A stretch of DNA of 61,732 nucleotides, counting the filler. It is 3 parts of 3 records of this genome, joined end to end, with 100 filler letters (N's around TTAATTAATTAA, not from the genome) between each part and the next. Parts side by side here need not be neighbours in the genome. Positions count along the whole stretch, not along the records: positions 11,553 to 30,321 come from SRR31147125_69; positions 30,422 to 61,732 come from SRR31147125_73; 1 more part is not named here. One strand, 5' to 3'. Shown here piece after piece: positions 23,601 to 33,642 of the stretch. The notes under the pieces are model-generated. The model was not told the origin of the DNA, made no database searches, and saw only the letters and a list, made by a program, of their open reading frames with translations. The position numbers and the translations under genes were made by a program. The first letter of the stretch is position 1; the number at the start of each line of letters is the position of its first letter.

Positions 23601-23872
23601 TGATCGACTAAAGAAAAACAGCAAATATGGTCATCCTCATAATAATATCCTCTAGGATCGCCACTGTCACGCGTCTCTGGAGTTAGTTGCACCATCCCAA
23701 AAGGGACAACAGACCCGGGATAGGTGCCACCATAAAATCCCCATTTAGACGGTCCCTCATACTTGCCAGTACCTATAAATGGATTAACAAACTCTACAGG
23801 AGCTGAAAAAGCCAAAGCAAAAAAACAAAATAAAATAAATAATAATGTAAAAAATCTTATCACGTCATTCAT
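20639..23872 (-). CDS. GH92 alpha-mannosidase family protein with CARDB-like and LamG domains
   Basis: VNPFIGT, PFGMVQLTP, SPWDTFRT, TLEYAY and PGNDDLGSMSSW motifs; LamG WHHLAGV..LYID..GIVDDVRIY. Confidence 0.93.
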   Translation of the reverse strand: MNDVIRFFTLLFILFCFFALAFSAPVEFVNPFIGTGKYEGPSKWGFYGGTYPGSVVPFGMVQLTPETRDSGDPRGYYYEDDHICCFSLVDHMSGYPSGSAGRLKFMPMINTVQQSKGVSKIQFSHENEKASPGYYVVQLNNNIVVEATSTERTSFVKIEFPKNNAGSLFIWDIAELEMPDNYSFQGKSHNYFFFGRFDKAVNVSASEKAQSYRFDFGSQKQPGIKFKIALSQVSIANAKLNLLSENPHWNFKEIKSQAEEKWNSHLGKVEIKGGSPDDRTVFYTALYHSLLMPHISSDVNGQYRGLDDHVYKKSDGAYYTGFSPWDTFRTLHPLLTLLEPAVQSDMIKSLLLMYEHSGQLVAGPMTGNHAIPVIVDSYFKGIKDFDIGLAYKAMKSSIYDPPYSKPDFQEYVDLGYVPAQWPESVTRTLEYAYNDWALAEFAKSIDKSEYADLKDRAYNYRNVFNPDIGLMAAKNRDGSWNNVGGFIEGDEWNYSWFVPHNLQDVINLMGGKESFVATLDNAFDNGLIIHDNEPPINFGYLFNYSGEAWKTQKTVRHIMNYYSASPGGIPGNDDLGSMSSWFVFSAMGFYPVCPGQSIYDISAPLFPEMTIHLDNCKDFIIRADNVSEKNMFIQAASLNNKPLLTPWITHKDIVRGGFLQFQLGDSPNYGWPSKDEIILPSMTTSQPDFVVKDIILSSSEVKPNEQITISVKVENNGAEGCKKLDLHIDGKLFKSELLYVNNGKTAGKVFTFRLYKPGKHKLQIDELPAFQVFVNPDPGNKKALFEYQNFKIDPIVKLGDTLNASVHVKNISAKRDEKSVVLYRDSVKCCEKMVSLEPGESKTVIFEMKILKPGISSFSISDTLSQRVKIYNHPLQSSVLKLNFDKMDVKRSVDQSGLQNNAHYIGDAQIVKGKSGNGIRTGKNGYVEIANSPGLNTTGPCLSLMAWIYPENEQVADFISKGDYHVLKMQNPSTLNFFVGGWGRGECTASVPSDWNHNWHHLAGVCDGSTLRLYIDAELAGHVSVTGPVESSPFPWNIGRNAEIPVGRHTNGIVDDVRIYVEALSMDDIKKIMADKE

Positions 23873-23900
23873 TCAGTGTCATCAAGTGATATTCATTCAT

Positions 23901-26900
23901 TTATAGCATTGATTTCGGCATATAGGCCACTGACATCTGTAACGGGAAATTACATGTACAACCGGAACTGGCCTCAGGTATCAAAATTATACCACCGGCC
24001 GGGATAATATTAATCCAGCAACCGGGACGGCTCACCAGATTCAGCCTGGAGCCCTTTGTTGTTTTTACTACGTTGCACATGGCAGGATTAGACGCACGAA
24101 AAAACAAATGATGCGGAGAACCGGAAATTGTACCACAACCACCACCGCCGCGATTCAGTTTAAAATCCGGATCCTTTTCACCGGTGTGTAAATCATAACA
24201 ATAGGGTTCTGCAAACACTTTATCGCTGGCAACGACAGGATGACGAATCTGCTCGCCATGATCGCCACCTATGCCAGCCTTATTATTTTGTTCCTGATGC
24301 CAAACCGGAACACCTGATGTGGCATCAAATCCATAGAGGTCATACCAGACCTGATTATTTTTATTTTTTGATCCAAGGGCCAACAATTTTTCATTTGAAT
24401 AACTCAGAAATAGCACATGCTGACAGGCTGTAAAATCGAATTTGGTTTCCCACAATAATTTTCCTGACTTTGAGTCCAGGGCAACCAGATATGTTTCCTG
24501 GCCCAGAAATGTTTTTAATTCAATAAGACCATCTGTGTCAGATTTTGCTGCCTCATCTCTGTTTTCTATAAAATAAACTCGATTATTGCCAATGGCGATA
24601 CTGGAATGTAAAATGACACCATTTTTATATGTCCAAAGTACTTTTCGGTTAAAACGATTCATACTGAACAAATAATCACTTGTCACTAATGCTTTATAAT
24701 CTCCCCATTGTATTTCAAAGTCTTCCTGCTTGCTCATGAGTGTATAGGCGGCTTCTGGTTTCCGGCCGCTGCCAAACAATTGATCGCCTGAAGTAGCCAG
24801 ATACCCCCAGTACCGGGTTTGACGATGAACAAGCTGGGGCAGAACAAATTCGCGTTTTTGCTCGCCGGTTTTCGGATCGAATCCATAACAACGGGATTCA
24901 GCAGCCGCATATAAATGGTCGTCTGTCAGGGACATATTGCTGGCATCTCTCGGAGCAGCAAGTCTTCTGAAATTGGCCACTGTATTGTTCCATAAAATGG
25001 CGCCATTATAGGCATCTGCAGCGATGATATGATTATCACCGGGAATATACAGGATCCCATTTTTAAACAGCGGAGAAACATGGCGGTGATGCCGATCCGT
25101 CATTTGTCTGGGGCCGGGACGGCCAAACCACAAAGTTTGGTTTTCGTCACTTACTAATTGATCTGTGGTCGAAGCTGTATTTGCAGCATTCGCATACAGA
25201 TGTGTCCATTCACCACTGCCTTCCAGGTTACCCCTCTTTATCTGCGCCCACAGTCCCTGCTTTTTTACTAGTTCCCAGTTATCCTGAGGAAAACCGGAAA
25301 ACCACTGTCCTATGGTCGTTTCTTTCAAGGTTGTGTTTGCAGCCAATTGCCCCAGGTAAAGCAAACCACCACTGGGCCTTAAAATCCGATATAGTTCGTT
25401 TACATCCGCTGTGAAGGAATCTGAAACAACAAGTTTATCTGAAACAATCAGATTTGCCAGATAATTAGTAAAATTCAAATCTTTTAAATCGCCGGTAAAA
25501 ATGGATATTCGGTTTCCCAATAATCCGGCATTGTCCAGCGTTTTGCGGGCTTTATCAGCTATCCGGGCATTTTTTTCAATACCGATAATAGCCAGATCAG
25601 AACGTTTTGCTATTTCATAAGCTAACCGACCCTCTCCGCAGTCCAGTACCAGGCAATAGCCCTTTTTAATACCGGATGTTTTGAGGATATGCATGGCCGT
25701 TGCGGCATATTTTTTCTGAACTTTGTCGCCTGCAAATGGCTCATCGTTGTGTTTCGGTTCGATCAGAGATACATCCTTTAATGTCCCGGTACTGAAACAG
25801 TGAATCGCGCCTGTAGCTGTACTGGCATAAAGGCTCCCGTTTGCGGCTGCCAGACCGTATACACGATCCTGAGTCGATGCCGACCACCGTTTAGCTCCGC
25901 TGTTCAGCTGATATGCAGCTATTTCATTTTCCATACCCAGGACAACGTCATTTCCGGTCAAAATCATCGAATAGGGTCGATCAATGGATTGTTCCCAGAT
26001 GAATTCATTTCCATCCAGCTTTTTTAACTGTTCCCCTTTGCTGGCTATTAGATCAACCTTATCCGAGATCCGCTCGTCAATCTCCTGCAGGTCAGAATTT
26101 TGAGCTTTTTTCTTTTTTCCCTAAGCGATTTTATTTCTTTTTTTAATTGATCTAATTGTTTTTTAATTTTGTCTTTTTGGGAGGCAACCTGACGATAATT
26201 TTTCGCATCAATAGCTGTTAGCGTGTTTTCAGATGCAACGATGTATAAATCATCTTTGGTAACAAATTGTAAGCCGCCAAGTGCAAAGGTCAAAGGGTCA
26301 TCCGAATTGGTTTCTGTAACAGATAACTGGCCATTGTCGTGGGTACCGTATACCAAAGCATCACCAGCAAATGAAAGATAGGCCCCTGCTGAACCGGAAT
26401 ATCGTGTCAAATGCGTGCCTGTTTTCAAATCAATAACAGATGGTTGAGACCGACTGTTCGGCACAAATAATTTGGAATCGGATAAAACAGGATAACCTTG
26501 TGGAGAAATTTCATTTTGTTTCTTTTTCCACAGTTCTTCGCCACTATCCGGTTTTAAAGCGCACAGATAAACACCTTCCATTGGAAGCAAGCCGGCAACA
26601 AGATACAGAATATCCTTTTCAATAAGAACGCTGGTTCGAATGGGTGAAACAGAGATAATTCTTCCATTACCAGGAATTCTACGCGGATAAACCACAGGGC
26701 TGTATTTCCAGTTCAACGTTCCATCGATCGCATCCAAACAATAAAGATAACCGTCATCAGAACCGACATAGACACGACCTTTATAAACAGTTGGAGCGAT
26801 ACGATTTGGCGCTTCAGTATAAAAGTCCCATACCTGCTTTCCGGTTAGAGCATCCAGGCAATAAATTTTGTTATCAGAGGAGGTAGCAAAGTAGATTTTG

Positions 26901-27244
26901 TCATCTACAGCGGCGACAGGATAGGCTCTGTCATATGTTACCCGTGGATCAAGTTGAACCTTTTCATGCCAAAAATCTGCTTTTGCCGGAGCTGGCCAGG
27001 CAGGATTGGGTTGCTGGCGTGGTATAAATTGCCATTTTTCCTGTAACGGAAAAAGCAAAGCTTCATTTGTAACACCACTGTTTAAATTATCTTTTTGGTA
27101 TCTGGGCCAATCCTCTGCAAAACTCACTTTTGTTGACACAAACACAAGAATCAGGATAAAAAGCATTAATCCACTGCGAATAGGTCGATTAATTTGCTGA
27201 CATATCATATACCATTTCATACTATCCTCACTCTCTTTTTTCAC
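23901..27244 (-). CDS. PQQ-like beta-propeller protein with internal SAM-methyltransferase-like domain (frameshift at T runs, 26106-26118)
   Basis: EDWP start and YCLDA.tG..W blades. One added A joins 26048..27244 to 23901..25967. GYCLVLDCGEG..LRPSGG domain; C-terminal RPGCW..EASSGCTC. Confidence 0.85.
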
Positions 27245-27272
27245 ACATAAATTTCAACTCTCATAAAAGCTG

Positions 27273-27929
27273 TTAACGAATTATCCGCCCTTTATCAAGC
27301 TGGATAACTTTTGATGCATATTTTTCTGCGATGTCGCCGTGAGTAACGACAATGACCGTTCCACCATCGCAATGAAACTGTTCCAGATATTTCATAACTT
27401 CTGCAGAATTTTCAGGATCCAGATTTCCTGTGGGTTCATCAGCTAAAATAAATCCGGGTTTATTGATCAAGGCTCGCGCAATCGCAACCCGCTGTCTCTC
27501 CCCTGCACTGAGTGCAGATGGTTTGTGATGAATTCTGTTTGTCAGACAAAGTCGATTAAGAATGGACTCGGCATCTTTTCTATCTGCTTTATCTCCATTT
27601 AATCGTTGTGGCAACAGCACATTCTCTAACACGTTCAAATAAGGAAGCAAATGAAACATTTGAAATACAAAACCAATATTTTGGGCTCTAAATCTGGCAC
27701 GCGCGGCTTTATTCAAAGCATACACATTTTGATTTGAAATCAAAACATTACCAGATGTTGGACGCAGCATTCCTCCAAGAGTTAATAACAGCGTTGTTTT
27801 ACCACTCCCACTCGGGCCGCGGAGAACAACAAATTCATTGTCATGTACATTAAGTGATATTCCATCAATTGCCTGGACCTGTTTTTCTCCCTGGCCATAA
27901 TATTTGCAAACATTTTCTAATTTAATCAA
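27273..27929 (-). CDS. ABC transporter ATP-binding protein (LolD/MacB-like)
   Basis: GPSGSGKT, LSAGERQR, LADEPTGNLD and VTH motifs. Likely TTG start at 27929. Confidence 0.93.
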   Translation of the reverse strand: MIKLENVCKYYGQGEKQVQAIDGISLNVHDNEFVVLRGPSGSGKTTLLLTLGGMLRPTSGNVLISNQNVYALNKAARARFRAQNIGFVFQMFHLLPYLNVLENVLLPQRLNGDKADRKDAESILNRLCLTNRIHHKPSALSAGERQRVAIARALINKPGFILADEPTGNLDPENSAEVMKYLEQFHCDGGTVIVVTHGDIAEKYASKVIQLDKGRIIR

Positions 27930-27931
27930 TC

Positions 27932-29077
27932 TTAATCCTCCCTTAACGACGATGCAGGGTCCTGTGTAACAGCAATCATGGATGGGATAAAAGCCGATAA
28001 AGCGGCAAAAATGGGTGCAATAAAAAGTGCCCACCACAACAAACTATAGATCGCTTTGATAGACCTGGCCGTAATCCTGAAAATATCCGGCCCATAAGTG
28101 AGTGACAACATTGTTCCAATTATAAATCCCAGGACAGCACCCACAAGTCCGATCAGAGCTGCTTTACCTAAAAATAATATCGCCACTTTATTTGCGCCAT
28201 ATCCCAATGCTCTTAAAATGCCAATTTCCTGTTTTCGTTCTTTAACATTTAACATGGCAAGAGTCCCAATCCAGGCGGCACAGACGATAATAATAAGCGG
28301 TAGCACAAAAGCAAAATATTTTTCAAACATTACTCTCTGACGCTCGCGGGCAACAGCGATTGTTCTGTTCATCACGACCTTTGCGTCCGGCAAAACCTGG
28401 CCAAGCTGTTTCCGCAACAAAATTAATGGATCTGTTTCGCCATCTGCGAGGCAAAGGCAATTTAACGCTTTAATTTCGTTTACTTTTCCTTTTTTGTTTA
28501 GAATGTCCTGCACATCGGGTAACTGTGCAAAAATTCGAATATCGTCATCGCTGCCGTTTTCAGGCATTGTTCGGGCTACTTTGAATGAGGTGCCAAGAAT
28601 ATCAATATCATCGCCAGCTTTAATATGAAACGTATGTGCCAACTCGTAACCTATATGGATAGTGCCCGGCTTTATAAGAAAAATCATGGGCGCTTTTTGC
28701 CTGCCGGATGGTTCGATTTCCTTTAACGTGAGCCCGGTTAATATAATATTTTTATCCCGCCATTTGATTCGTTCATTAAGTGTCACCGTTAGATGAGCAT
28801 ATGAAAAGTCTTTAAACTCTTTAAATTTCAAAACATAATCTTCGGGCATGGTAATTTTTGAATAACCGGTCATCCAGAAATCATCCATATCTGTATCTTT
28901 GGGGATAATGCGAAGATTAAATCCCATATCCCTGGTCAGACGAATCGTTTCGCGATTTGAGGCAGAGCTCATTGTAAAAAAGGCAACAATGAGGGCCACA
29001 GCTGTAATAGCGGCCAAAGCTGACAGTATAAAATTAAATTTTCGATGGTTGATTTCTTTAAAAATCAATGATAACAT
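27932..29077 (-). CDS. ABC transporter permease (FtsX/MacB-like)
   Basis: One N-terminal TM, a periplasmic domain, NVKERKQEIGILRALG, then C-terminal TM helices. Confidence 0.92.
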   Translation of the reverse strand: MLSLIFKEINHRKFNFILSALAAITAVALIVAFFTMSSASNRETIRLTRDMGFNLRIIPKDTDMDDFWMTGYSKITMPEDYVLKFKEFKDFSYAHLTVTLNERIKWRDKNIILTGLTLKEIEPSGRQKAPMIFLIKPGTIHIGYELAHTFHIKAGDDIDILGTSFKVARTMPENGSDDDIRIFAQLPDVQDILNKKGKVNEIKALNCLCLADGETDPLILLRKQLGQVLPDAKVVMNRTIAVARERQRVMFEKYFAFVLPLIIIVCAAWIGTLAMLNVKERKQEIGILRALGYGANKVAILFLGKAALIGLVGAVLGFIIGTMLSLTYGPDIFRITARSIKAIYSLLWWALFIAPIFAALSAFIPSMIAVTQDPASSLRED

Positions 29078-29079
29078 TT

Positions 29080-30231
29080 TTATTCATTTCTCCTGTATGA
29101 TCTAAAGAAAACGACTCCTCCTCCCAGGAGGACGAAAAGAACAAATCCCAAAATAATTAAAAAACCTGGTATTGAATATTTTTGCAGAAAAGAAAAAGAT
29201 GAACCGGATTGATCGTTATTAGCTCCTTCAACCAGTTCAAATTCTTTTTCAGTATATCCATACAAATTATTCGTGGACAAATCAGCGTTATGAGATGTTC
29301 TTTCTTTATTCGGTGAAATAGACAGAATTTGACTCATTTCCGCTTTTATTAATGGATTCTCAGCATCAAAATTATGCCATTTCACAATTTCTGCCTGTCG
29401 ATCAGAATCCCATCTAATCGGGATCATTCGTCCTAAAATCCAGGAACGATCAAGTCCGCATTCGCAATCCGCACCTACAAAAGCCAGCAAATTTTTAATA
29501 ATATTTGAATTAATAATGTCAGACGGTAATAAACGTCCCATTTGCCGGCCACGTCCGTACAGCACTGTTATGCCTGGCTTTGCATGTGGTATATCATCCC
29601 AACCAAGTGCCCACAGTAATATTTTTTCATTTTCAATTTCTGTAGCCGGGATAACGATCAGGACAGGAGGTTGATCTACCGGCTTGGCCATATTTTTCAT
29701 CATTATTTTAATCTCATCCATGGCGTCCTGAATTTTTTGCAGAGCCTCCTTATTTTCCGTATCATCCTGTCCTTCAACAAAAACAACAACGCCGTAATTG
29801 CCGACAATCTGTGACAGCACCTGCTCACGAACCGGTGAAGAAACAACAAATTCCAGAACAGACCAAATTTCTTCTTTAAAATTTGAGCTATTTCTATCAA
29901 TATGTAATTTCAGAAAACGCCCATCCGCGGCAACCAGGGCTAATAATTGATTATCAGGATTCTCACTCTTGAAAAATTTTAATGCCGGGTGATCTGCCTG
30001 AGCCTGGACATCAACTATTTCTGATACGATATTTGCATCCAGTAAAGCGGCAAAGGAAATTTTACGAAAATTTGTCGCCTGGTCTTCCGTTGTATTCTGA
30101 TCTTTATAAAAATAAAGCGTATACTGATCTGTACCAAAATCGGCAAACCCAATTTCTCTGACTGTATACCGACAGGCCACAGATTGATCGTATAAAAAGA
30201 CAATAAAAAGTAAAAAAAAGATTTTTTTCAT
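29080..30231 (-). CDS. Exported, C-terminally anchored hypothetical protein of the PQQ/ABC module
   Basis: Signal peptide followed by ACRYTVREIGF; LYGRGR and GADCECG motifs; C-terminal TM. Ends 2 nt before the permease start. Confidence 0.75.
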   Translation of the reverse strand: MKKIFFLLFIVFLYDQSVACRYTVREIGFADFGTDQYTLYFYKDQNTTEDQATNFRKISFAALLDANIVSEIVDVQAQADHPALKFFKSENPDNQLLALVAADGRFLKLHIDRNSSNFKEEIWSVLEFVVSSPVREQVLSQIVGNYGVVVFVEGQDDTENKEALQKIQDAMDEIKIMMKNMAKPVDQPPVLIVIPATEIENEKILLWALGWDDIPHAKPGITVLYGRGRQMGRLLPSDIINSNIIKNLLAFVGADCECGLDRSWILGRMIPIRWDSDRQAEIVKWHNFDAENPLIKAEMSQILSISPNKERTSHNADLSTNNLYGYTEKEFELVEGANNDQSGSSFSFLQKYSIPGFLIILGFVLFVLLGGGVVFFRSYRRNE

Positions 30232-30245
30232 AGATAAAACTCGCG

Positions 30246-30321
30246 TTAATTATTGTTTTGTGATACAAAGACAAAGGAGGTTTGAATCGGATAATCACAG
30301 GTACAACCGGAACTGGATTCG
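30246..30321 (-). CDS. 3' end of a second PQQ-propeller paralog (truncated at the gap)
   Basis: Translates as ESSSGCTCDYPIQTSFVFVSQNNN*, matching EASSGCTCNFPLQMSV at the end of the 23901 protein. Not in the ORF track. Confidence 0.8.
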
Positions 30322-30421
30322 NNNNNNNNNNNNNNNNNNNNNNNNNNNNNNNNNNNNNNNNNNNNTTAATTAATTAANNNNNNNNNNNNNNNNNNNNNNN
30401 NNNNNNNNNNNNNNNNNNNNN
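30322..30421. other. Artificial contig linker
   Basis: N44-TTAATTAATTAA-N44, identical to the first linker. Confidence 0.98.
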
Positions 30422-31738
30422 GGGAGCTACGCCGTCACTTGTCACTCCAAAATTGAACAGCGTATTGCCTTTGGTCCTGGCTTTGAGCAGGGAGGCATTG
30501 TCATTGCCGGTATAGGTGTCAGTTAAGGGAAGAAGATGATTCAGATTAATGGTGGATAAAAGGTATCGTCGAGGGTTAGCGGTGCTATTGCCCATCAAAC
30601 TGCCTGCCCAAGCGGATACAGCGTTGAAAGTTTCCTGCACCGCTATAAAACCGGCACGGTTCAGAGCTTGAATCACATCCTTGATTTTTGTTTTTAACCG
30701 GCGAGAATCAGAATCAGTGATGATTATGGTGGTAGTCAGATAGCCATAAGCCGTCAGATCAGCTTGCACCGTTTCTTTGGCTTCCTCACACTCGCCACTC
30801 ATTTCCAAAGCATAGCCATTTTCTCTTCCCTCTTCGATACTTTCTGGAAAGAAGACTTCTTTAGCTAATCTGATTAATGAACGCCTTTGTCCGAAATATG
30901 CCTTGGAACGCCGTTCGATTTCCGACAAGGCTTCTGCCTTACCCAAAGCCAGCCAGCGAGTACACCACTGAAATCGAAAGCAAAGTTGCTTGAGAGCATT
31001 TAAGATCAGAGGCGTTGATTGTGGTGGGAACCGCAATATTGAGATCACGCCCAAGTATTCTGTTTCCCCCAATCCGTCCGTACAGATTTGTGGCTCAATC
31101 CCACCGATAAGGCTAGAATCGCTTAGGAAATCATACAAATACGGCTTAACAGGCACATTAACCGGAAAAGATTGCGTGGACAGTCGAGAATGCAGATAGG
31201 TCAGCGTTTCGGTCTCCGTTAATGGACGAATCTCCATAAAATGTGACAAGTGCCTGATGATCTCGGATGTCTGCCTTTTGAAGAAATCAAAGGCTTGCAG
31301 GTAATCATTTTCGTCTTTATGACTGCTAAACCATGCCCCCAATTTATGAGCAGTTGAAGAGGCTGGCAGATATGCAATGCCAAGAAAGTGTTGACCTTGG
31401 AAAATTTTCCCTAAGTTTGCGACCTCTTCATCATGGATGCTTGATAGTGCCAAGGAATCAAGAGAGTTTGAGGATTTGAGATACAGATCTGCTCGTTGGT
31501 GGGCGTATTCGAAGAATAGAGAGAAGTTAGAGCCGAAGCGAGAGAGAGTGTTATTCAGTTGGTAAAAGTAAGATTCGATTTGTTGATCGGAAGCGAACGA
31601 GAGGTCTGCCCCGCAGTATCGATAAATTCTAAGCCATGAACCATCTTTTTGTTGGATAGTGTTACCATCAAGAGGACAGAGCCACGGCAAGTAATTATGA
31701 AAGGGAGGTGGTTTAGCGTGTGATAAAAAGTTAAACAT
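30422..31738 (-). CDS. trbE: Conjugal transfer ATPase TrbE/VirB4, N-terminal part (truncated before Walker A)
   Basis: LPW..DGNTIQQKDGSW..RY.G.DL, YGYLTTTI and ETFNAVSAWAGSLMGN..ANPRR motifs; follows trbC-trbD. Confidence 0.9.
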
Positions 31739-31755
31739 TTATCCTCCTTAAAATA

Positions 31756-31775
31756 GAGACGGACTTAGCCGTCTC
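31756..31775. promoter_or_regulatory. Intercistronic stem-loop between trbD and trbE
   Basis: GAGACGG-acttag-CCGTCTC inverted repeat. Confidence 0.45.
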
Positions 31776-31790
31776 GTTTTATAAAGTGTA

Positions 31791-32033
31791 TCATGGTCGG
31801 TAATAGTCTGACTGTCGGATGTGTTCCCGTAGAATTTCCCAAAGATGTGGATCTTTGCGGAATATCAGGAATAAAATTAGGTATATAACTGCCAGTACTG
31901 GAAGTAGATCGAATGACTGTAATCCCAAGAAAAGAGCAGAAGCGATTGTTCCTAACAGGATTGCTACACGTCTCGGCAAGCCTCCCGCCATCATGCGTTT
32001 CCACAGGGATTGAAAAATTGGTGTTTCTTCCAT
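31791..32033 (-). CDS. trbD: TrbD/VirB3 family protein
   Basis: PIFQSL..MAGGLPR, two hydrophobic segments and KDP motif; GGAGG RBS; lies between the pilin and VirB4 genes. Confidence 0.88.
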   Translation of the reverse strand: MEETPIFQSLWKRMMAGGLPRRVAILLGTIASALFLGLQSFDLLPVLAVIYLILFLIFRKDPHLWEILREHIRQSDYYRP

Positions 32034-32060
32034 GAATTCCTCCAGAATGAGTGATGACGA

Positions 32061-32368
32061 TTAGCCACTGAATCCGAAAAAGAAAGACCGAATGATGCGG
32101 CTGAACAAGCTATAGATAAGCCAAATATTACTTTGATAGCTCTTTTGAAAACTCCATGGTTCTCCTCACTAAAAGCCAGTATCAAGCCGAACACGATGAT
32201 AGCGGCTACTGTGGCGACACGGAGAAAGGTGTTTTCCAGTGAGTCGGACAGAGTGGTGAGGGCGGAGTCCCAAGGAAGAGAGTCGGCTCCAAAAGCTTTT
32301 CTTTGAAAAGGCAAAAGAATGAAAATTGACATTTTAATCATCAAATCTATTATGCGTGTTTTATTCAT
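32061..32368 (-). CDS. trbC: TrbC/VirB2 pilin (frameshift at the A5 run, 32077-32081)
   Basis: Signal peptide, LPWDSAL and VIFGLSIA.SAASF motifs. One added base gives the typical end SFFGFSG* at 32061. GGAGG RBS before the ATG at 32368. Confidence 0.88.
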
Positions 32369-33530
32369 GAGATGCCTCCTTGCCCATATCGGCATAATCT
32401 AACTGACATACGCAGCTGCATTTTGATGCTTGCAGTCCTACATTTTCCCAAACTTTGGCGGATTCTTTGCAGAGGGCAATTTTACAATCTGAATATTTTT
32501 TGATTTCTCTGATTGCAAAACTAAAAATTTCTGCCCTTACTTCTTCTGAAAAACTGTATTTTCCAGCTTTTGGAGTCTTGGTGCCAGCAAAGAGTTTCGG
32601 CTCAAACATGGGTGCCATCTTCTCAATGTAGGACTTAAGATCCGACCCGCTTGTAAATATGCTGTTACGCATGTTAAAAAACCCCTTCTCGAACCGTAAG
32701 GTGCCAAGGGTTATTCTTTCCGGGAAAGTTTTCTCAAAGATTTTCTGAATGGTTTTGGCATATTCTTGTTTCCAGTTTGGAAAAGGAACTATCGGGTCAA
32801 GTCTTATCCTCAATGGATATCCTGCATTTTGAACTTTCTGTGCTGCCGTAAGTCGTCTTTCAAAAATGGGTGCTCCGATTTCATATTTTCTGGAGATCAT
32901 GTCATTGTTCATGCTCCACGCCACTATGGTGTGTTCGTTATGTTCAAGCTCTAAGATACCGTCCACGTTGTCGCTTTTGGTGAGCATAAAGAGATAGCCG
33001 TTTTCTGACTTTGCAAACCAAGGTATGAATGCCTCACCCGCACCTGTCAGGTGATCCAAGGCAAGAGAATCTGCAAGTTCACCACTATTGAAAATCACCG
33101 CTCCACTGTCTTTTTTTAATCTCTTCGCTAATTGCGATTTGATTTTGTCGTACTCTGCTTTTAAAGTGATATACGGAAAAGCAGCTCGATAAGTCAGTTT
33201 CAGGTAACACCAATCGCATCGGTAAGGACATCCATTTGAGGCAAGTTTTAAGCGGTCAAAGTGAGGACAAAGCATTCTGTCATCGGGCATTTCAAACTGG
33301 TCAACAGCGTTTCCTGCCGGGGAAATATATAGAACCTTTTTACCGGCAAGAATTTGGGGAAGCATTTTGGGTTCAGTACTCGAAATAATTTTCGATGTTT
33401 TTTTGATTGTCTCAGGTCTGCCATTATCGACCACATGCACCCATTTCACTTTTGCAGTTTCAATAATTCGTTTCGTTGAGGGATCGTTCTCGACGCTTTT
33501 ATGAACGATAATTTCTTGAGGTGTCAGCAT
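32361..33530 (-). CDS. Spore photoproduct lyase-like radical SAM protein
   Basis: GCPYRCDWCYL (CxxxCxxC), FNSGELADSL, LTKS, VAWSMN, EIGAP..RL.AA, RLDPI, TLGTLRF and LCKES motifs. Confidence 0.88.
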   Translation of the reverse strand: MLTPQEIIVHKSVENDPSTKRIIETAKVKWVHVVDNGRPETIKKTSKIISSTEPKMLPQILAGKKVLYISPAGNAVDQFEMPDDRMLCPHFDRLKLASNGCPYRCDWCYLKLTYRAAFPYITLKAEYDKIKSQLAKRLKKDSGAVIFNSGELADSLALDHLTGAGEAFIPWFAKSENGYLFMLTKSDNVDGILELEHNEHTIVAWSMNNDMISRKYEIGAPIFERRLTAAQKVQNAGYPLRIRLDPIVPFPNWKQEYAKTIQKIFEKTFPERITLGTLRFEKGFFNMRNSIFTSGSDLKSYIEKMAPMFEPKLFAGTKTPKAGKYSFSEEVRAEIFSFAIREIKKYSDCKIALCKESAKVWENVGLQASKCSCVCQLDYADMGKEASHE

Positions 33531-33605
33531 GTTTTCTCTCCTTTTGATTTCCTGTTTTTCGCAATGGCAAATGATACTGCCATGATAATTTTTAGGTTAG
33601 AGATT

Positions 33606-33626
33606 GGGCAGACGAAAAGCCTGCCC
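33606..33626. terminator. GC-rich stem-loop between the ParB-like and radical SAM genes
   Basis: On the minus strand GGGCAGGC-ttttc-GTCTGCCC. A T-rich tail is present only on the + strand. Confidence 0.45.
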
Positions 33627-33642
33627 GTTTCTATTTTCAAAA

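Noticed and set aside
30374-30421. ORF-track extension of trbE into the N run
   Set aside because: The stop is supplied by the linker; the gene is simply truncated.
32361-33530. Calling the radical SAM gene splB and inferring sporulation
   Set aside because: It appears to lack the H-donor Cys of true SplB and sits in a conjugation operon, with no sporulation genes in view.
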